Below are positions 31,468-42,790 of a stretch of DNA of 64,000 nt, one piece after another. Origin of the DNA: Nannocystis bainbridge (GTDB lineage: Bacteria > Myxococcota_A > Polyangia > Nannocystales > Nannocystaceae). The notes under the pieces were generated by a model. It was not told the DNA's origin. It saw only the letters and a list, made by a program, of their open reading frames with translations, and made no database searches. Where the stretch lies: contig NZ_JAQNDL010000001.1 of assembly GCF_028368995.1 (NCBI RefSeq), positions 3,616,001 through 3,680,000 of the forward strand, read 5' to 3'. Position numbers and translations under genes: made by a program. Every line of letters begins with the position of its first letter. Position 1 is the first letter of the stretch.

Positions 31468-34400
31468 TCACCGCGGGCGCTCCGCCGCCTCGAGCGTCAC
31501 CGTCTCGCGCCCGCCGGCGCGGGCCAGCTCGAGCGTCACGCTCTGGCCGCGTCGGACGCTCGCGGGCGCCAGCATGCGGGCCGCGTTCTCCGAGTTGGTG
31601 GCGGACACCGACAGCCCGTCGACGCCGACGATCTCGTCGCCGGGCAGCACCCCGGCCTTGTCGGCCGGGCCGTCGATCGTGACCGCCTCGATCCACAGGC
31701 GCTTCGGCGCCTTGGGGTCCTCCTTCTCGGTCAGCGGCGGCGGCTGCTCGCCGAGCGGGCGCGGCCTCGCGGCCTCGGTCGCCCGGCGCGTGCGCAGGCC
31801 GAGCTCACCGCGATCGGCGGCGGCGACCTTGCCGGAGGCGACGCCGTAGATCGTGCCGAGGTCGGCCTCGACGCCGGCGGCCACCGAGAAGTCGGCGCGG
31901 GCGACCGTGCCGCCGTCGGAGAGGTCGCCGTCGAGGAAGTGCAGCTCGCCGGCGCCGGGGCTGACGCTGGCCAGCGCGAAGCGGCCGGTGGCGTCGGTGC
32001 GCGGGCCCTTGCCGAACAAGCTGCCGAGCAGATCGCCGGTCCGCTCACCCTTGCCGAAGGTCATCACCGACATGCCCGCCAGCGGCTGGCCGGTGCGCGA
32101 GTCGAGCAGGACGCCGCGCAGCCCGGCCCACGGCTGCAGGTCGAGGACGAGCGCGGCGCGCTCGCCCGGCTTCAGCGCGAGCTCGTGCTCGACGCGGCCG
32201 CTGTCGGCGACGGCGATCAGGCTGTACTCGCCGGGGTCGAGGTGGTCGATGCGGTGGCTGCCGGTCGCGCTGTCGACGTTCTCGCGCTCGCTGCGGGTGC
32301 CCCCGCCCGGCTTGTGGGAGGTGACGTGCAGCTCCCAGCGCGGCACCGGCTGGCCCCCGGCGCGCGCGGTGACCGTCAGCTCGGCGAGCGAGACCGTCTG
32401 CAGGCGCACGTCTGTCCCCGGGGACAGGCCGGTGACCTCGACGCGCGCGCTGCCGCGGAGGGCCTCGGCGCGCAGGGTGTAGGTCCGGCGGGCCAGGCCG
32501 GTGAACTCGAAGCGGCCGTCCTCGCCCGACAGCGCCGGCTCGCCGCGCCCCTCGAACCCCGGGAACGCCTGCGACTCGGGCTCCTTCGGCGGCTCGGGCA
32601 CGAGCCCGACCTTCTCCCCCGACCGGGCGGCCTCGGGCCGGTGGAATTGGGACTCGCCCGGGTCGCGCTGCTCCGGCGCGGCGGTGACCCATGCGTCGGC
32701 CGTCGGCGCGCCGTCGGGCCCGAGCACCACCCCGCGCAGCACCCCGTCGCGCAGCTCGACCACCAGGTCGACGCCGTGCGTGACGACCGCGGCCGAGATG
32801 GTCTTTCGAACAGGTTCGTACGACCTGTCCGCAGGGACATCCCAGCGGATCACGTTGCCCCCGCGGTCGAGCACCCGCAGCTCGTACTCGCCGCCCTCGA
32901 GGCCGCGCGCGGCGTAGGTGCCGTCCTCGGCGATCGGGTGGCGGTCGCGGCGTTCGCCGTCGAACACCATCGACATGTTGCCCCGCTTCGACGTCACCGG
33001 CATCAGCTGCACGCTGCCGCCCTTGACCGGCGCGCCGCGGGCGTCGACCACCCGGCCGGTGACCGTCGCGCGCGGCTCGAGCGTCACCACCGCCCCGCGC
33101 AGCCCTTCGACGCCGACTTCGACGTCGAGCTGGCCACGGCTGCCATCAGGCGCCTCGGCGATCACCCGCAGCTTGCCCGGCTTGACCGGCCGCAGCGTGA
33201 ACTCCCCGCCGGCGTCGGCGCGGCTGCGGACCAGCACGTTGCCGAGGTTGGCGAGCACGGTCATGAAGCCCGGTTCGTCGTCGGCGAGGGTCAGCGAGAT
33301 CGCGGCCAGCGCCGGCGGCTCGACGCGCCCGCGCAGCTCGACCCCGCGGTCGAGCTCGACCAGCACGCCGGCGATGTCGGCGTCGACCACGGTGACCGTC
33401 GGCCCGCCGAGGATCTCCGGCAGCGCCTGCTCGGCCACCGAGCCGAGCATGTACGTGCCAGGCCGCACTCCGAGCACCTCGAAGTAGCCGTCGACGGCGC
33501 TCGGGCCGGTGGCCGGCCGCAGCGCGAACGGGTCCAGCGCCAGCGCGCCGACCATGACGCCGTCGAGCGCCTTGCGCGGGTCGTCCTTCGGGGCGACAAA
33601 GCCGGAGATCTTGAACGCCCGCTCGACGCGGACCTCGACCCCCGTGAGCGCCTCGCCGATGCCCAGCTCCACCTCCGCCGGCTCGCGCGAGGCGTGCCCG
33701 GACGCCACGGCCGACAGCTTGTGCGCGCCCGAGGCCAGCCCGCCGAGGCGGAACCGGCCGCGCGCGTCGCTGACCGCCGAGCCGCCGCCGAACCCGCCGA
33801 ACTCGCCGACGCTGACGAGCGCGCCCTCGACCGGGGCGTCGCCCGGGTCGGCGCGCACCGTGCCCTCGACCGACGCGGCCGGCACCAGCCGCAGGTCGAC
33901 CGAGCGCGGGCCGCCGGCGACGTCGACGCTCTCGCTGTCGCCGGTGTAGTCGGCGTGCCAGGCGGTGACCTGGTACACGCCATCGTCGACCTGCACCACG
34001 AACCGCCCCTCGCCGTCGCTGACCGCCGGGAACGAGGCGCGGCTGAACTGGATGACGTTGCCCTCGCCCCGGCGATCGACGCTGACGATCGCGCCCTCGA
34101 CCGGGCCGCCGCCGATGTCGCTCACCGTGCCGCGCAGGGCGTGCCCGCCAGCGACCAGCGCGGCGTCGAGGCCGGCGTGGGCGGTACCTGCCTGAAACGA
34201 CAGGTCCTTGCGGACATACGGCAGGTAGCCGTCGGCCGAGGCGCTGAGGATGTAGTGACCGGGCCGCACCAGCGGCACCGACCAATCACCCGAGGCGTCG
34301 GTGCGCGCGGTGATCGGCGCACCGGTATCACCGGACTCGACCGGCGCACCGAGACCTTTCGGCCGCAGCATCACCACCGCGCCGGCGAGGCCCCGCTTGC

Positions 34401-34626
34401 TGCGGGCGTCGATCACCCGCCCCGCGGCGGAGCAGGGCGAGACGTCGATCTCACCGCGAGCCCGCGCCGCGGTCCGCTCCTGGGTGATGGCAGCCGCCCG
34501 CGCGGCCCGGTCCACCTTCTCCTCGGGCTTCGCCGGCCCCGCCTCCGGGCGTCCGAGCGCCGCCCACACCGCGATCGCCAGCAACACCAGCGCGACCGCG
34601 ACGCCTCCCAAAAATTTGCGCGACAC
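31468..34626 (-). CDS. Membrane-anchored carboxypeptidase-regulatory-like repeat protein with C-terminal PDZ
   Basis: N-terminal TM segment; many GxVxD..G.PV.GA.V / TD..G.F repeats; GPADKAGVLPGDEIVGVDG PDZ. Start is GTG 34626 or ATG 34671. Confidence 0.88.
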   Translation of the reverse strand: MSRKFLGGVAVALVLLAIAVWAALGRPEAGPAKPEEKVDRAARAAAITQERTAARARGEIDVSPCSAAGRVIDARSKRGLAGAVVMLRPKGLGAPVESGDTGAPITARTDASGDWSVPLVRPGHYILSASADGYLPYVRKDLSFQAGTAHAGLDAALVAGGHALRGTVSDIGGGPVEGAIVSVDRRGEGNVIQFSRASFPAVSDGEGRFVVQVDDGVYQVTAWHADYTGDSESVDVAGGPRSVDLRLVPAASVEGTVRADPGDAPVEGALVSVGEFGGFGGGSAVSDARGRFRLGGLASGAHKLSAVASGHASREPAEVELGIGEALTGVEVRVERAFKISGFVAPKDDPRKALDGVMVGALALDPFALRPATGPSAVDGYFEVLGVRPGTYMLGSVAEQALPEILGGPTVTVVDADIAGVLVELDRGVELRGRVEPPALAAISLTLADDEPGFMTVLANLGNVLVRSRADAGGEFTLRPVKPGKLRVIAEAPDGSRGQLDVEVGVEGLRGAVVTLEPRATVTGRVVDARGAPVKGGSVQLMPVTSKRGNMSMVFDGERRDRHPIAEDGTYAARGLEGGEYELRVLDRGGNVIRWDVPADRSYEPVRKTISAAVVTHGVDLVVELRDGVLRGVVLGPDGAPTADAWVTAAPEQRDPGESQFHRPEAARSGEKVGLVPEPPKEPESQAFPGFEGRGEPALSGEDGRFEFTGLARRTYTLRAEALRGSARVEVTGLSPGTDVRLQTVSLAELTVTARAGGQPVPRWELHVTSHKPGGGTRSERENVDSATGSHRIDHLDPGEYSLIAVADSGRVEHELALKPGERAALVLDLQPWAGLRGVLLDSRTGQPLAGMSVMTFGKGERTGDLLGSLFGKGPRTDATGRFALASVSPGAGELHFLDGDLSDGGTVARADFSVAAGVEADLGTIYGVASGKVAAADRGELGLRTRRATEAARPRPLGEQPPPLTEKEDPKAPKRLWIEAVTIDGPADKAGVLPGDEIVGVDGLSVSATNSENAARMLAPASVRRGQSVTLELARAGGRETVTLEAAERPR

Positions 34627-34670
34627 CGGCCCAGTCTCGACCAGCCGACGCGCGAGCGCAAGCCTCAGCA

Positions 34671-34698
34671 TGTCCCTCAGGACATGCTCTTCGGGACA
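34671..34698. repeat. TGTC-N6-GACA tandem pair
   Basis: TGTCCCTCAGGACA followed by TGCTCTTCGGGACA. Confidence 0.8.
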
Positions 34699-34803
34699 CC
34701 CTCAGGATTCACCGCGGTGACGATCACGGACCCGACGCCGCTGGCAACTCGACTTCGCCATCGCGCGTCTGGCACGACGCTGCGCGACTGCCGGCACGCG
34801 CTC

Positions 34804-35652
34804 TCAGCTCGCGCGCCGGACCGGCGGGCGGTCCGGCGGGTGCGCCAGCAGCAGCTCGCGCAGGCGGGCCGCGGCGGGTGGCAGGCGGTCGATGCCGCGG
34901 TGGACCAGGTGGAGCGGGCGGGCGATCGGGGTCCGCGGGTCGGGCACCTCGACGAGGCGGCCCTGCGCCAGGTCGTTGCGGGCGGCGGCGCGGCTGATGA
35001 GCGCGACGCCGATGCCCGCGCGCACGTTGCCCTTGACCGAGGCGATGCTGCCGAGCTCCATCACGACGTCGGCCGCGGGGAAGTGGCGCTCGAGCAGCTC
35101 GCGCGAGGTGGTGCCGCGGGCGAAGGTCACGAACGGCGCGTGGGTCGGATCGGGCAGCTCGGGCGCAGCGACCACGATCATCTCGTCGACGCACCACGGC
35201 TCACCGCGATCGGTGGTGACCACGCCGAGGTCGAGGTCACCGCGGTGCAGGGCGTCGAGCACCTCGTCGGTGTTGGCCTCGCGCAGCAAGAAGCGCACGC
35301 CCGGGTGCTCGGCGCGGAAGGCCGCCAGCGTCGGCGGCAGCAGGTACGTGCACGCCGTCGCCCCCGCGCCGACCCGCACCTCGCCCGCGTGAAGGCCCTC
35401 GATCTCCGCCACCGCGCGGCGGGCGTCGTCGAGCGCCGCCAGCACCGCCCGCGCTCGGGTCACCAGCGCCGCGCCCGCGGCCGTCGGCGTCGCCCCGCCC
35501 GGTCCGCGGTCGAGCAGCCGGGCCGCGAAGGCGCCCTCGAGCCGGTGGATCGAGGCAGTGAGCGCCGGCTGCGACAGATGCGCTCGGCGCGCGGCCTCGG
35601 TGAAGGTGCCGAGCTCGACGATGTGCAGGAAATGGCGCAGCTCGTCGATCAT
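34804..35652 (-). CDS. LysR-family transcriptional regulator
   Basis: GTFTEAARRAHLSQPALTASIHRLE HTH plus substrate-binding domain. Confidence 0.94.
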   Translation of the reverse strand: MIDELRHFLHIVELGTFTEAARRAHLSQPALTASIHRLEGAFAARLLDRGPGGATPTAAGAALVTRARAVLAALDDARRAVAEIEGLHAGEVRVGAGATACTYLLPPTLAAFRAEHPGVRFLLREANTDEVLDALHRGDLDLGVVTTDRGEPWCVDEMIVVAAPELPDPTHAPFVTFARGTTSRELLERHFPAADVVMELGSIASVKGNVRAGIGVALISRAAARNDLAQGRLVEVPDPRTPIARPLHLVHRGIDRLPPAAARLRELLLAHPPDRPPVRRAS

Positions 35653-35735
35653 CAGGAGTTTTTATAGCAGCCTTCCGAAGAATCGATTGGGCGAATGGTG
35701 GTCCCGACACTACACCAGGCCCAGGAGGTCGCTGC

Positions 35736-36452
35736 TTGGAGATTGGACTGCTGCTGGTGCTGGGAGGGGTCGCGGGCTGGCTGACGACCGTGGCCGGGCT
35801 CGGCGGCGGGGTGTTCCTCATCCTGGCCCTGTCGCTGCGCATGAGCCCAGCCGAGGCGCTGGCGCTGTCGTCGCCGGCGCTGCTGGTCGGCAACCTGCAC
35901 CGCTGGGCCGTCGGCCGCGACGATGTCGACCGCCGGATCGCCGTCCCGTTCGCGCTCGGCGCCCTGCCTGGCAGCGCGCTCGGCGGGCTGGTGGTGGTCG
36001 CCATGCCGACGGCCGTGCTGCAGCTGCTGCTGGTGCTGACCAGCGCGCTGGCGCTGGCGCGGGCGGTCGGGTGGTGGCTGCCGCGGCCCCCGCCCGCGGC
36101 GGCGCTGGTGCCCGCGGGCGCGGCGATCGGGGCGATGGCGGCGACGACGGGCAGCGCGGGCCTGGCCCTCGGGGCGATCTTGCAGTCGGCCGGGCTGACG
36201 GGCGCGACCTACGTGGCGACCGCGGCGGCGACGGCGACGGCGATGCACGTCGGCCGCCTCGCGGCTTACGGCTTCGGCGGCCTGGTGACCGGCGAGACGC
36301 TCGTGCGCGCGGCCGTGCTGGCGCTGGCGATCCTGGCCGGCAACCTGGCCGGCAGCCGCTTCCGCCGCGGCCTGTCGGCCCGCACCGGCGCCCGCATCGA
36401 GCTCGGGGTGCTGTTCGCCTGCGTGGTCCTGGCGCTGGTCGGCATGGCGTGA
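35736..36452 (+). CDS. TauE/SafE (TSUP) family membrane protein
   Basis: TTG start; AGLGGG and GALPGSALG motifs; about 8 TM segments; divergent from the LysR gene. Confidence 0.8.
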   Translation: MEIGLLLVLGGVAGWLTTVAGLGGGVFLILALSLRMSPAEALALSSPALLVGNLHRWAVGRDDVDRRIAVPFALGALPGSALGGLVVVAMPTAVLQLLLVLTSALALARAVGWWLPRPPPAAALVPAGAAIGAMAATTGSAGLALGAILQSAGLTGATYVATAAATATAMHVGRLAAYGFGGLVTGETLVRAAVLALAILAGNLAGSRFRRGLSARTGARIELGVLFACVVLALVGMA

Positions 36453-36465
36453 GACCTGTTCATGA

Positions 36466-36521
36466 TGCCCCTTCGGACATGCCCCTTGTGACATGTCTTT
36501 TAAAACATGCCTGAAAGGGCA
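36466..36521. repeat. TGTC-N6-GACA-type array, 4 units, between convergent genes
   Basis: TGCCCCTTCGGACA, TGCCCCTTGTGACA, TGTCTTTTAAAACA, TGCCTGAAAGGGCA. Confidence 0.9.
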
Positions 36522-36527
36522 TATTTT

Positions 36528-37445
36528 TTAGGGATATCGCAGCGGCCCGTCGCCGCGCTCGCGCGCGCGCAGGAACAGGCGGGCCAGCTCGGGGTGGCGC
36601 TGAAATTCGTCGCTGGCCGTGCGGCCGCGGTGGGCGCCGTGAAAGCCGCGGGTCTGCGTCTCGATCCGGAACGCCGGGCGAGCCGGGCGCAGCACCTGGC
36701 CGCTGTCGACCCCGAGGCTGACGATCGCCCGCGGCCGCCCGACAGTCAGCACCTCGGCCAGCACGCGCTGAAAGTTGGCAGCGGTGGTGTCGGTGTCGAA
36801 GTAACGGCCGGTCAGCGCCTCGGCGGCGGTGGCCGCCAGCGGCAGCACCGCGCTCGCCAGCGTCAGGCGGCGGCCGTTTCCGGCGTAGCGGTGCAGCGTG
36901 ACGGCGCCGAGCGACTCGCGCTCGCCCGGCACCAGGCCCGCGCTCGCCAGCCGGACCGTGACGTCGAGGCAGTCGGCCCCGTCGACGAACGCCGCCGTGG
37001 GGTTGTCGGCGACCCCGGCGAACGGGCCGAAGCCGGTGAGCACGAGCATCGCATCGCCTGTCCCTGAGGACAGCTCGCGCACCGCGGTGGCGATCACCCG
37101 CGCGCACTGCTGCAGGTTGTCGGCCCGCGGCAGCAGATGCCCCGCGGCGGCCGCCGAGGCGCCGGTGCAGCGGTCGGGCGGGACGTGGATGAAGCCGGTG
37201 AGCACGCCGGCGAGCCGCGAGTCGCCGGCCAGCGCGATCAGGTTGGCGAGCTGATCGGCGCAATAAAAGCTGCCGGGGTCGACACCGAGCTGCACGTCGG
37301 CCTCGGCGCCGGCGTCGGCGACGGCGATCGCCCGCAGCAGGTCGCGCTGGCCGACGTAGCGGTCGCCGCTGCGGATCGCGTGGTCGGCGACGCCCGCGGC
37401 CGCCTGCGGGGCGTAGTCACGGCCGTAGGCCTCGAGCGCGTCCAT
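36528..37445 (-). CDS. Circularly permuted pyroglutamyl-peptidase I (C15)-like protein
   Basis: DPGSFYC and GFIHVP precede LVLTGFGPFAGVADNPT and PRAIVSLGV...FRIE. Confidence 0.75.
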   Translation of the reverse strand: MDALEAYGRDYAPQAAAGVADHAIRSGDRYVGQRDLLRAIAVADAGAEADVQLGVDPGSFYCADQLANLIALAGDSRLAGVLTGFIHVPPDRCTGASAAAAGHLLPRADNLQQCARVIATAVRELSSGTGDAMLVLTGFGPFAGVADNPTAAFVDGADCLDVTVRLASAGLVPGERESLGAVTLHRYAGNGRRLTLASAVLPLAATAAEALTGRYFDTDTTAANFQRVLAEVLTVGRPRAIVSLGVDSGQVLRPARPAFRIETQTRGFHGAHRGRTASDEFQRHPELARLFLRARERGDGPLRYP

Positions 37446-37475
37446 GCCGACGCCGAGGCTAGCACGCGCGCCGCT

Positions 37476-38162
37476 TCAGCGGGTCTGGAAGTAGAAGCGG
37501 TAGTTGGCGTTGTCGTGCAGCATCGCGCAGCTGTCGGTGTCGCTGTTGCTCGGGGTGCCGACGAGGGTCAGCTCGCGGATCGAGTTGAAGCCGAACTGGT
37601 AGCTGTTGTTGGCCCGGTTGAAGGCGCCCTGGTAGAGCTGGGTGTTGCTGCCGAGCTTGAAGGCGTAGAAGCGGTAATCGACGCCGTCGTGAAGCATGGA
37701 CCAGCGCGACCAGTCGGTGTCGCCGGGGAACTCGATCACGGGCAGCTGCGGCGTCGAGTTGTGACCGAAGCGGTAGACGTTGGTGCCGCGGACCCACGCG
37801 CCCTGGTAGAGCGTCTGCGAGTGGCCGAGCCGCCGCATGTAGAGCCGGTAGTCGGCGCCGTCGAACAGCATCGAGAAGCTGCTGGCGTCGACGTCGGCCG
37901 GGAAGCCTTCGAGCCGCAGCTCGGGGATCGAGTTGTGGCCGAAGGCGTAGCTGGCCCCGTTGAAGCTGAACTGGTAGATCGCGTCGCGGCTGCTGCCCTT
38001 GAAGCAGTAGAGGCGGAAGGCCGCGTCGTCGTGGAGCATCGACCAGCGGGCCAGGTTGGCGTCGGCCGGCGCGCCGGTGATCGGGATGTTGGGGATCGAG
38101 TTGTGACCGAATCGATAATGGTCAGTGCCCGCGACGTACGCAAATTGGTTGAGGGACGGCAT
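37476..38162 (-). CDS. Four-repeat aromatic-rich protein (possible beta-propeller/lectin)
   Basis: AAGGA RBS and ATG 38162. Four repeats of about 57 aa: YxFGHNS..P...(W/F)SML(H/F)D..(D/N)YR(L/F)Y...YQ. Confidence 0.8.
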   Translation of the reverse strand: MPSLNQFAYVAGTDHYRFGHNSIPNIPITGAPADANLARWSMLHDDAAFRLYCFKGSSRDAIYQFSFNGASYAFGHNSIPELRLEGFPADVDASSFSMLFDGADYRLYMRRLGHSQTLYQGAWVRGTNVYRFGHNSTPQLPVIEFPGDTDWSRWSMLHDGVDYRFYAFKLGSNTQLYQGAFNRANNSYQFGFNSIRELTLVGTPSNSDTDSCAMLHDNANYRFYFQTR

Positions 38163-38505
38163 CGAATGGTTCCTTTCACGCCGCGCCAATGCGGCGACCC
38201 GGATGCTTTCAAACGCCGCCGCGTGGTTCAACGGGAGTTATCGCCCGCGGCGCCGCGACACGCCATTGATGCGGACTACTAGCATTGTCGAGGAGACGCG
38301 GTACGAACGGCGAATGCGACGACCGTGCGCGCCGCCGAAACGGCGTGACCCGGGACCGCGCGCCTGGGGTCGCGGCGTGAGCGAGCGACGTTCACCCGCG
38401 ACCGCCGGCAAGCCGTGCGCTGCGGCCAGCATGCCCCGCATCCCCTTTCGCGCGGGCTCGCCAGGGGCTCGCGCGCGACGGGCCGGAGCGCTACCATCGC
38501 CGGCC

Positions 38506-39525
38506 GTGAGCCTCGACCGCGCCGACGCGTACATGGACAACGTCGCCCACGTGACGACCTGGGAGGAGGCCGCGGCGCACATGGCGTTGTTCCTGCTGTG
38601 GGCGTCCGACCAGGGGCTCGCGCGCGCGCCGGTCGCCGCGGACCTGCGACGGCTGCCCTTCGCGGAGTTCCTGGCCGCGTTCGTGGCGACGCACCCGCTC
38701 AAGTTCACCGACGATCTCGTCAGCGAGGGCCAGCGCTTCGCCGCCGAACACTATGAGGCGTTCGCTTCGGAGTTCGCGCCGCCGAACCGGGCGCACAGCG
38801 TCCTGCACGCCGGCGAGGCCGGGTGGACCGCGGCGCACACGTGGCTGGACGAGGCCCTGGCGGTGTTCCGGCGCGCGCGCGGCGAGCCGCCCGGGCCGCC
38901 GCAGCACGACCTCGCCCACGCGGTGGGCGAGCTGCTGGCGCGCTGCGGCGAGCCGCACGACGAGGCGACGCTGACGCCGGTGATCGCCAGGCTCTCGCCC
39001 GCGGTGCGAGCCGCGCTCGAGGCCCCGCTCGCGCGCGAGTGGCTGCGCTTCACGGTGGCCCGCGACAAACCGGCGCAAGCGGGCCCCGGGGTGATGCTGG
39101 TGCGACCGACGCCGTCGGTCGAATACACGAACTACGGCGCGCCCCGCCTGGCGATCCGCGACGGCCGGGCGTTCGCCGGCGAGGCCGACGTGACCGCGGC
39201 GCTCGACATCCACGATCGCCTCGAGCTGTTCGGCGACGAGGCCTGCGTCGAGTGGCTGCTGGCGCACGTCGACACCGGGCCCGACGGCCTGCCGCGCAGC
39301 GCGTGGCGTTCGCTCGCGCGAGCGTGCCTGTTCGTCCGCCTGCGCGAGGCCGAACTCGAGAGCCCGCATCCGATCGGCAGCGTGCTGACGCGCGAAGATT
39401 TCCAGGCCCGGGTGGCGGCGCGCCTCGGCAGCGGCGAGCGCCCGCCGGTCGGTCAGTTCGCCTACGTCCCGCCGCGCCTGGCCGGCGCCTACCTGCGCCC
39501 GTGGGCCGAGCGAGTCGCCGGCTGA
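38506..39525 (+). CDS. Hypothetical protein
   Basis: GTG 38506 (VSLDRADAYMDNV...EEAAAHMALFLLW), high GC3. Confidence 0.65.
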   Translation: MSLDRADAYMDNVAHVTTWEEAAAHMALFLLWASDQGLARAPVAADLRRLPFAEFLAAFVATHPLKFTDDLVSEGQRFAAEHYEAFASEFAPPNRAHSVLHAGEAGWTAAHTWLDEALAVFRRARGEPPGPPQHDLAHAVGELLARCGEPHDEATLTPVIARLSPAVRAALEAPLAREWLRFTVARDKPAQAGPGVMLVRPTPSVEYTNYGAPRLAIRDGRAFAGEADVTAALDIHDRLELFGDEACVEWLLAHVDTGPDGLPRSAWRSLARACLFVRLREAELESPHPIGSVLTREDFQARVAARLGSGERPPVGQFAYVPPRLAGAYLRPWAERVAG

Positions 39526-39595
39526 GGCCGCGCGGTCGCTGACGTCGAGCGAGACACCGCCCACAAATGGGCCGCGTCGATCCGCGATCCTCGCA

Positions 39596-40953
<1,358 letters not shown>

Positions 40954-40957
<4 letters not shown>

Positions 40958-41880
40958 GCGGCCTCCGGCAGGCGCACGCAGAAGCAGGCGCCGCGCCCGT
41001 CGGGGCCGAGGCCGCCGCCGGGGACCAGCTCGAGCGCGCCGCCGTGGGCCTCGGCGATGCGCGCGGCGGTGGCGAGGCCGAGGCCGGTGCCGGTCTTCTT
41101 GGTGGTGAAGAACGGCTCGAACAGCCGCGCCGCGTGCTCGGGCGCGACGCCGGGGCCGTCGTCGCGCACCAGCAGCTCGACCGTCGGCCCGCGCCGGCGC
41201 ACCCGCAGCTCGATGCGCCCGTCGTCGCCGATCGCCTGGGCGGCGTTCAGCGCCAGGCCGTAGACCAACTGCGCCAGCAGGTCGGGGTCGCCGCGCAGCG
41301 CCGGCCCGTCGCCCTCGGCGGCGTCGAGCCGGCCGCGCTTCGGCCGCAAGGCGTCGCGCACCAGCGGCTCGACCGCGGTCACCAGCCCCGCGAGCTCGAC
41401 CTCCTCGCGCCGCGGCGCCAGCGGCCGCGCGTAGTCGAGCAGCGCGGTGACGACGGCGTTGAGACGATCGACCTCCTCGACGATGAAGCGCGCGGCCTGA
41501 TGATTATCTGTCCCCGGGGACATGTCCTCGAGGACAAGCGAGGCCGACGAGCGGATCACCCCGAGCGGGTTGCGGACCTCGTGGGCGACGCCGGCGGCGA
41601 GGCGACCGATCGCCGCCAGCTTCTCGCTGTGGGCCGCGCGCCGGTGGCTGGCCGCGAGCGCGGCGGCGCTGGCCCGCAGCCGGTCACGGGCGTCGAGCAG
41701 CAGGCCGATCGCGTAGCCGAAGCCGGCGAAGGTGAGGGCGAAGAAGCCGACCACCACCGGCGAGACTTCGACGCCGGCGAGCCCCAGCAGCAGGAAATCG
41801 AACAGGCCGGCCGCGAACCCGAGGGCGGCGCCGAACCAGGCGCGGCGCGTGGAAGGTGGCGAGGGCGGCGCTGGGGTCAC
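40954..41880 (-). CDS. Membrane sensor histidine kinase
   Basis: Two TM segments; AHEVRNPL H-box, NAAQA, DDGPG, FFTTK, GTGLGL. ATGA overlap with the RR gene. Confidence 0.92.
41509..41536. repeat. Two perfect TGTC-N6-GACA palindromes in tandem inside the HK CDS
   Basis: TGTCCCCGGGGACA followed by TGTCCTCGAGGACA; both are fully palindromic 14-mers. Confidence 0.9.
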
Positions 41881-42156
41881 GGGGTCGTCTCCGGCCGGGG
41901 CGAGCGCGAGGGCGCGGAGACGACTATAGGCGAGGCGTGGTCGCGGGGTCACGCGCCTCGCAGAGCACGCGCCGTGCCAGCGGCGCAGACGCGCAGCGCC
42001 TGATGGGCTCGATCCTCGCCAGCGGACCGCCCGCAGACCCGCATCACCTCGCGGGCGATGTCCCCGGCCTCGCCGACGCCGCTGCCTCGCAGGCGCTCGC
42101 GGCCCGGAATCGTCGCCGCGTCGAACCTCGCGCCGCGCCGCCGAGGATGCACCGCC

Positions 42157-42190
42157 GCAACGCGTGTTGCAGGCCCGCAACATCGATCGC
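42157..42190. promoter_or_regulatory. Putative enhancer (UAS) for the sigma54 activator
   Basis: GCAAC-GCGT-GTTGC and a degenerate second copy, GCAACATCGATCGC, 20 bp downstream. Both lie upstream of a -24/-12 promoter. Confidence 0.5.
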
Positions 42191-42233
42191 GCCACGCCGG
42201 CCCCGAAGCCCCGCCGCGGCCCCGATCGGCCGC

Positions 42234-42249
42234 TGGCACGCGAGTTGCT
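42234..42249 (+). promoter_or_regulatory. Sigma-54 (-24/-12) promoter
   Basis: TGGCACG-CGAG-TTGCT matches the TGGCACG-N4-TTGCW consensus, 30 bp before the ATG at 42279. Confidence 0.85.
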
Positions 42250-42278
42250 CAAGCACGGGCAGCAAAGGAAATCATCGC

Positions 42279-42578
42279 ATGAATACCCGCCAGATCGTCC
42301 TCGCCCTCGTCGCCCTCGACTTCCTCGCCATGACCGTCTACGTGGTCGCCAACCACGGCTATGTCGGCATGTTCGCCGACCTGCTTTCGACCTGGCCCGG
42401 CATCCTCACCGCCTTCGACCTGACCATCGCCCTGGTCATGATCGCCGGCTGGATGCTCGTCGACGCCCGCAAGCACGGCCTCACGGTCGCGCCCTACCTC
42501 GTCGCCACGCTGGCGTTCGGCTCGCTCGGCCCCCTGGCCTACCTGCTCCGCCGCGAGTCGGCGCTCAAGACCCACTGA
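42279..42578 (+). CDS. Small membrane protein (DUF2834-like)
   Basis: AAGGA RBS; three TM segments; DLTIAL...WMLVDARKHG...FGSLGPLAYLLRRE. Confidence 0.8.
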   Translation: MNTRQIVLALVALDFLAMTVYVVANHGYVGMFADLLSTWPGILTAFDLTIALVMIAGWMLVDARKHGLTVAPYLVATLAFGSLGPLAYLLRRESALKTH

Positions 42579-42601
42579 AGCGCCAGGTGGAGCGGAAAAC
42601 A

Positions 42602-42790
42602 TGTCCCGCGGGACAGGCCCGCGGGAGCCGCGAACTCCGCGCAGATCGCGGCTCGCCTAACATGTCCCCCGGGACAGCTAGGGCGAGCCGCGACCTCCCG
42701 GCATCGACCTGTTCTTCGCTACATCTCATCCGTCAGCCGCCAGAATCTATGGTCTTTCGAACATGTCTGTTAAGACATGCACGAAAATCA
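42602..42790. repeat. Cluster of TGTC-N6-GACA units between convergent genes
   Basis: Perfect units at 42602, 42663 and 42764; degenerate units at 42710, 42750 and 42778. Confidence 0.85.
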
